NCBI RefSeq assembly: GCF_009914755.1
Contig: NC_060928.1
Length of the DNA stretch: 64,000 nucleotides
Strand: one strand, 5' to 3'
From: the human T2T-CHM13v2.0 reference genome, Homo sapiens
The translations under genes and the position numbers were made by a program. Shown in pieces: positions 56,881 to 64,000 of this stretch; position 1 is the stretch's first letter; each line of letters starts with the position of its first letter. The notes beneath the pieces are model-generated. The model searched no databases. It saw nothing but the letters and a program-made list of their open reading frames with translations, and had not been told where the DNA came from.

Positions 56881-59296
56881 AGTTAAAAAATAAGAAGGAC
56901 CGGTCTTTCTGTGCTTCTTTTTTTCAGATCAAGGAAACTAGCAATGCTTATTTATTTATGACTATATGAATTTTTTATTACATAAAAATATGGAAGTTTT
57001 TATAGAATTTTCCTGCCCCTTAAAAAAATAGAAAATACAAGTTATACATATTTCCTTGAATTAGAGTTCTGGAAAGAAATTCAGTTATTAATGTAGTTAT
57101 AAATACAATGTAAAATTAAACTCATTTCATATTATATGACTGAAATTATTACAATACTGCAGAATTAAACTTGATTTCATTAGTTTTATACATTCTAGAT
57201 ATAAAGGTGAAATAGGACCTCATATTCAAATTACAAATGGAGATTAACAATTTCAATGAGTATGATTATTTGTATCAACATACTTTAGCATAAGCTATCT
57301 GAATAAATGCTTATTTTTCCACATTGTTTTTCTCCTATTGAACCAATGCCACCATAATTATAAAAACTCATTTTCTTAATATGTATAATTGACCATTCAT
57401 CACTTGGAAAATGATGAATGAACTCCATTGTAATATTTAATCTCTGAAATAAGGTCTTATTTTGTCATTTCATTTCCTTTGGACATTGTTTATCCTCCCT
57501 GGTATACAGACTAGGAATCATAGTGCTAAATAAAATTTGTGCCTTTGGTTATGGAACACAATTTAGGAGATTGGGCTCTTATTAGGACAAGTGAATGTAA
57601 TGAAATAAATGAATAAAAAAAAAAAGCCTCATAGAGCTAGGAAAAGGTCAGCTAGAGGATGAAAAATTACTGAAAGCTCCAGAGACTACAAAATAATAAT
57701 GTAGAATTTGTGATTGAACTACATGAGGATGAGATGTGTGTGGACAAGGTAGGAAGAGACTGCAAGAGATGTTAAAGGCAATAAAATGCAGAAGGTTCAT
57801 GTGAAATACTCAAAGGAAGAAAAAATTAGGGTGTCTGAAAAATGGAATTAAGTACATATCTAGGAAGGCTATTAAGATAATGTAGAAAACAAGTTCTAGA
57901 AGCAAGATATGAAAATTCAATGTCAATAACCAGCATGCAAAACTGGATATTCAACTCTAGGAAAAGTCTGTGTGGATATGAAAAGAGGCTTCCTTCTTAT
58001 GGGATGTTGGACAAAGGAGGAAGGATTTGAGACACAGATTGAAGATGACAAAAAAAATAGAGTTCAAGTTCTGAAACTACTGTAGGAAACAAAATACTGC
58101 TTAGAAACAAGAAAAATAAGTGTTAATATTTGATTCAAGTTAAAAATACAGTGCAGAGACAGCAACATCAAAGAATACTAGATGTTGGATTTATTCCTAG
58201 AAGTTATACTAGCTATTCATCTTCACTTCTCATAGGTGAGAACCAGAATTATGAATGAAATTGGAGGCTGAAGTTTATATTGCTCTACTTTGAAGAAATA
58301 TTAAAAAAAAGCCATATGCTAGGGAAGACATTACATGCATATATACTAATATAACACCTTACTTATTAAGTTGCTCCATTACTTGGATATTTCTACTTAT
58401 AAAGGAATAATATTTGACATAAATTATAAACCAAAGGGAATGTTATTTCAATAAATTTATTACCCCCACTTAAAGCTCTGAATTCATCTCTACTTATTGA
58501 ATTACTTGAACTACCCTTTTTGATTTTCACTATGGAGCTAAGCCAAGACCACAGTTTCAGGAATCGATAGGGTCTGTGCTGTGTTGTGAAGCAACAAAAC
58601 TCCCTGGAAGTATTCAGCTTACAAATTCCTCACTAAAAGCAGCAATCTCTGGGATCTTTTTTCTTCTAAAAATATAGAGCAAATTGTATAATATGCTACA
58701 CAGATTTGGGGTGTAAAAACAGTATATCTTAATTTTCTGTTAAAACTAGGAAAGATTCTGAAATGTGACAAGCTTTCTCAGATTTCTACAGTCTTAGGGA
58801 ACAGCTGCTTGCCTACACCAGGTTTTTTTTTTTTTTTTTTCCTATGATTAGGTACCTGGAAATAAAGTAAGATTCTGACATTCACCTCTTCCTTCTTGTT
58901 CTCATTTCTGCAAAGAGTATATTTCTCTTTGCGTCTTCAAGTGTTATACTATTACATTAAGTCTATAGTTTATCAGTAAATGATGAGTTATGTCTGTTTT
59001 AGACAAATATGTTTCACTTATATCAAGTTCACTAAGTACCCAAGCCATTTTCTTCAATTTGCACTTTATTAGTAAAGAGGAAGAAAAGTTATATTTTGAT
59101 CTACATCATTCATATCCTATTATTCACCAAGTGATTCAAACACATGTGAGAAAGAGGTCATTGTCTGATAACTGACTCAGGAAACTTGAGAAAACTTAAG
59201 AAACAAATGTGACAGTAAAATACCTACGAAAGAAATGTGCTGGGCCAAGTGGCTTTAGGTGCTTTAATAGGCAGGTAACTGAGGTTCCCCTGACTC

Positions 59297-60052
59297 TGAT
59301 ATGGACAGGAGGCAGAAAAATACTGAGTAGAAGAGGCTGGTCTCTGGCAAGGGTTCCACCCTCAAGCCTGGACCTGCAGCCCAAGGGAATTTTACATCCT
59401 TGTTTTCCTGCTTGAATGTTGCCTTTTCCAAAACCACCCTAACATTGGCACATGTCCACCCCCAATCCTGTACCTATAAAAACCCCAGGCTCCACTAGTA
59501 GTGGAGCAGCAGAGAAGGAGAGAAAAGAAGCAGCTTGACTTCAGCGGGATGGCTTCATGGTGGGACCTCAGAGAAGAGTTCAGCCAGGGATGGCCAAATT
59601 CCAGGGGAAGACCATCTTCCCACTTCATCCCCTTTCCAGCTCTCCATCTCGCTGAGAGCCACTTTCATTGGCAATCAAATCCCCTACAATTACCATCTTC
59701 AATTCACTCATGTGACCTGATTCTTCCTGAACACTGAACAAGAGCTCAAGATACAGAAGGCTGTCACACGGAACCGTTAAACACCTAAGCTGTCCACAAA
59801 TGTCAAAGCTAAAAGAGCACACTGTAACACACACCCTCTGGGGCTCCGGGAGTTGCGGGTACCCTCCTAGACGGTGCTGTGGGGCTGCGCCGAGTCCTGC
59901 TCCTGCTGATGCCCAGATGTACTCATCCTGGCCCCTGCACCCACTCACCTGCATGCTCCCATCCTTCGGACAGGTTGAGAGCTGCGGCCTGAGGAAATGA
60001 GCCACCACCTTTGCGAGTCCCACAGAGGGGTCAGGGAAAACTTCCTGTTTCA
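59297..60052 (+). mobile_element. ERV1-class solo LTR (LTR1-like)
   Basis: TG...CA termini (tgatatggacaggaggcag...cctgtttca); perfect 4-bp TSD ACTC at 59293-59296 and 60053-60056; TATAAAA at 59475. Confidence 0.88.
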
Positions 60053-60294
60053 ACTCCATACGCATGGCTTTTGAGGGCCTGAGAAATAACAGGACTTGCC
60101 AGCTCTAGACTATGTGGAGTAGTCAGGCAGGTGCCTTAACAGATAGTTTTGAGACTAGAAATATACTTTGCCTAAGTTAATCAGGTCTGCAAGAAAGGAA
60201 ACATCTGAGTTCTGCCATGTACAGAGTATTAGTGAAATTCTGAATTAGATCATTAGTGCCAGGCCAGGTAGGTGAAAAAAGAATCAGAATGCCA

Positions 60295-60715
60295 AATTTG
60301 TATCTCTTTTGCCATTTTTTTCTTTGATCAGATCAATATATCTAAAAGTTCATCAATTTGATTGATCTCATGAAAAACCAGTTTAATTTATTGCAGTTTT
60401 TCTATTTCATATATTTCTAGTATTATCATCTTATTATAATTAGTATCATGATATATTATTATTATTGTTTCCACACTTCAAGAACTTTGTGCTTAAACTT
60501 TTTTTTTCTTTTTCTGGCTTCTTAAAGTAGAACCTTATATAATTGAGATTAAATATTTTGATTTTCATGTAATAAAGTTATAGAATTCCATCTATGTGTT
60601 ATTTTACTTGTGTCTCACAAATTTTGATGTTTTCATTATCATTCAGTTCAAAATATTTTATTTTAAAATATAGAAATTTTAAATGATTTATTTCTTGAAT
60701 CCATTGTCCATTTAG

Positions 60716-60760
<45 letters not shown>

Positions 60761-62170
60761 AGATAGAGTCTCATTCAGTCACCCAGGCTGGAGTGCAGTG
60801 GCGTAATCTGAGCTTACTGCAACCTCCGCTCCCTGGGCTCAAGTGATCCTCCACCCTTACCCTCCTGAGTAGCTGGGACCATAGGCAAGAGCCACCACGC
60901 CCCGCTAATTATTTGTGTTTTTCTTTGTAGAGACAGGTTTTCACCATATTCTCCAGGCTGGTCTTGAACTCTTGAGTTCAAAGTTATCTGCCTGTCTTGG
61001 CCTCTCAAAGTGCTGAGATTACAGGCATGAGCACTGCACCCCATGTGTGTGTATTTTTAAAAATTTCTGAACTTTTGGGGAGATTTTATCTTTCTGTTGT
61101 TTCAATTCTTGAAATACATTGTTATTTGTTTTTATATTCTAGCTTATGATCTTGGTTAATGTTTCATGTGCACTTGAAAAAGAATGTATTTTCTGCAATT
61201 TTAGGATGTTCAACAGAGGTCAATTAGGTCAAGGTAGTTCTTATGGTTGTTAACATTTATACATTTGTTATTGTGAGAGGGCTGGCAAAACATTCACTTA
61301 TGACTTGATTCATCTGTTTCTGCCTTTAGTATCTAAATATCTGTTAGTCGTTGCTGCATGTAGTTTGAAGCTGTTATTATTTAGACTGTTTTTACTTCCA
61401 GATACATTAAATTTTTATCATTAGGAAATTTCCCTCTTTATTTCCTGTAATACCTTTGTATAAAATCTACTTCATCTGATATTAATAGCCACAATAGATC
61501 TCTTATGGTTACTGTTTTGTTTTCATGGTAGGCATTTTTATATTAGCTGTGTCTTTACATTTAAAGTGTGTCTCTTAGAGAAAAAAAATAACAGTTGTTT
61601 TCAAATTCAATCTGAAAATATCTGCATTTTAATGTGAGTGTTTAATCCATTTAGACTTAATGTAATTATTCATATGGTATGTTTAAGTCTATCATCTTGC
61701 CAATTGTTTTCAGTATTTTTAATTTACTTTTATTCACCTATTTTTCCTCTTTTCTCATCTTATAACTCTGTTTTATTTTCTGAGTGCTGGCTAGCATTTA
61801 AAAATATTTTAAAATACATTTTAATCTATTTTCAAAAATTATGTTGTTTCACAGATACTTTAAGAAACTTAAAACAGAATACTTCCATTTTTCTTCTTCT
61901 TTTCTTTGAGCAATTTCTGTAATATTTTTGAATTTAATGTTCTCTGGTAATCCTATAATATGTAATCATTTTGGTTTATTCAATTTTCTCTTATTTATTC
62001 AGAAATTTGCCAGCTCTAGTGCTATTCATTTTTAAAAATTCATATAAAATTATATTTCATTAAACTAAAGCATTTTTAAAAGATTTTCATATAGTATAAG
62101 TCTATTGTCAAGACAAAGAATTCTCAGTTTTCTTTGTCTATTGTCAATGTGTGAAATACAATTGTTTCAT
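60295..62170 (-). mobile_element. Old L1 (L1M) ORF2/inter-ORF fragment interrupted by an Alu
   Basis: Antisense L1 phrases: cttggttaatgtttcatgtgcacttgaaaaagaatgtattttctgc; tctgatattaatagccac; gtgtttaatccatttagacttaatgtaattatt. Confidence 0.8.
60718..61043 (-). mobile_element. Alu (AluJ-like) with a (TG)n tract at its tail
   Basis: (TG)n at 60718-60757, then an antisense Alu; tgtgtgtgt recurs on the other flank. Confidence 0.93.
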
Positions 62171-62222
62171 ATATTCTGGAATGTATGAAAAGTCCAATAT
62201 TCTAGTGATTATTATTATAGAC

Positions 62223-62609
62223 TGTCAGAGATTGAATTGTCCCCCATCCCTGAACTCATACATTGAAGCCCTGACCCCCAATATAGCTATATTTGAAAGA
62301 TGGTTTTTAAGGAGGTAATTAAGGTTAAATGAGGTCATAGATTGGGACTAGTGTCCTTATAAAAAGAAGAGAAAACAGGGCTCTTTTTGTCCCCTCACTT
62401 AGTGTGTGCACACACGGAAGAAAGGCCATGTGAGGACAATGCAAGAAGGTGACCATCTGCAGGGCAAGGAGAGAGGCCTCCTCAGAAAGCAACCTGCCTG
62501 ACACCTCGATCTTGGACTTCTACTCTTCAGAACTATAAAAAAATAAAATTTGGTCGAATAAGCCACCCAATCATGCACTGTGTTGTGGCAACCTGAACGG
62601 ACAAAAACA
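62223..62609 (+). mobile_element. MLT1A/B-like MaLR solo LTR
   Basis: ggaggtaattaaggttaaatgaggtcata...aaggccatgtgaggaca...gatcttggacttc...taagccaccca. Confidence 0.88.
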
Positions 62610-62794
62610 GCTACAGTGGTAGAGGCAATCAGTTACCATTTATTCCATCCGGTTGAAATTACGTCTTATTGTTCTTTTGCTCCTCCCACCCTCAATTGTC
62701 AGTAGGGTAAATTTCTGATATTTGTCTAGATCTTCTTAAGAAACAGTCCCTTAATGTGTGATCTCTGACTTGTTTTAGGTTTGGTAATTCAGTT

Positions 62795-62866
62795 ATTTTT
62801 TTTTTAGAGACTAGGTCTTTCTCTGTCACTTAGGCTGGAGTGTATGGGCACAATCATAGCTCACTG
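62795..62866 (-). mobile_element. Alu/FLAM 3' fragment
   Basis: Poly-T plus agagactaggtctttctctgtcacttaggctggagtg...atcatagctcactg. Confidence 0.8.
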
Positions 62867-64000
62867 TTAGTTAAAGTTCTAGTGATCAAATTAGATTTCA
62901 ACAAACAAAATTGCTGATTCATCTACAGAGGAACAGAAAATATTATTAAAAATAAGAAATAAAAGGTGCTATTGCATATTCTTGGGTTTGAATGGCAAAT
63001 ATTTGCAGTATTTTCAGTGAAACGACTCAATGAAAGTATCGCAAAACTAAATCTTAAAAGACCAACTAAATGGGCTTATGTCTGAAAAAAAATCTGTCTA
63101 TAAAAATGCACTTCACTTAAAAAATCAAGGAAAACAAAAGTAGTTAAAAACATGCTTTACCATTGACACCAAATTAGAAAAAAACATATATAATGTATAG
63201 TCACACACCAATACTGCCTGAGGTGGAGGAAAAGAGAATTTTCTCAGTAAAGGGGTTATAATCTTAAAGAAAAGAGTAGAAAGATTTGAAGATCTGTTTT
63301 TCATCTCTTATACTCCTACACTGCTCCTGTCAACTTTATCTCCAAGAATGTCAGTTCTTTCTCTTTCCCTCAATTAAAACCTGATCACAAACTTAGAAAA
63401 CAGGCAGAAGAACAGAAACCACAAAAGCTACCATCATTTAAAATAGAAAAAGTAAATCTTATTTTAAGAAAATGAGAGAGAAGAGAGAGGGATTTATTGA
63501 CATGGGACATTTTTTTCACTACAAGAAACACACAGGTCATAAGATGTTTTTAAGTCACGCCTCCTGCCTGACAATTTTAGAAAAGATAGGGGGAAAAACT
63601 GCCTTGATTTACATTATCTGATTGCATCATTATGTTTCATAAAACATGCATGATCTGTTATAGATTCCATTATGTGTGTTTAAAATACAATTTCAAATTC
63701 TATTGTGTTAAATGGTTAGATCATTGCAGTATTCTAGAAATAATGGCAGATACACTTTCTTTATAGAGCAGTAAACATTAAGAGGTAATTCACATAAGTG
63801 TGAAGACTAAATTAAAGAATCAGTAGTGGATGCTGTAAATTACTCTGGAAAATGAAAAAAAAGTAAGCATAAGTTTACATTTATTATTTTCTTGCACCAA
63901 TGATTCATTTATAATTGAGCTAATAATTTAAATTCTGGTTTCTGATTTGATTTGAAAGAATGAGAACTTTCCTAAGCAATTCGTTTGCAAAATTATAATA

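Overview
AT-rich, CpG-depleted primate (human-like) genomic DNA, apparently intergenic or deep intronic, with no intact protein-coding gene that I can support. Main contents: (1) a decayed near-full-length ERV-L provirus (HERV-L type, MLT2A LTRs, ~36.6-43.4 kb, + strand; gag-pro-pol-integrase-dUTPase, no env). A third LTR of the same family sits antisense inside its pol gene. (2) A full-length EEF1A1 processed pseudogene (~46.0-47.8 kb). (3) Solo LTRs: MER11 carrying an AluY and itself inside an L2, an octamer-bearing ERV1-class LTR, an LTR1-like element and MaLRs. (4) About a dozen Alus, old L1/L2/MIR fragments, DNA-transposon fossils (MER45-, Tigger4/MER46- and MER5A-like) and microsatellites. 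The signals not explained by repeat annotation are several local fold-back inverted duplications, chiefly long near-perfect hairpins at 462-591 and 20792-20895. Repeat subfamily names come from my recollection of consensus sequences and need a Dfam/RepeatMasker check. I see no convincing evidence of a wholly new biological system; the findings are candidates.
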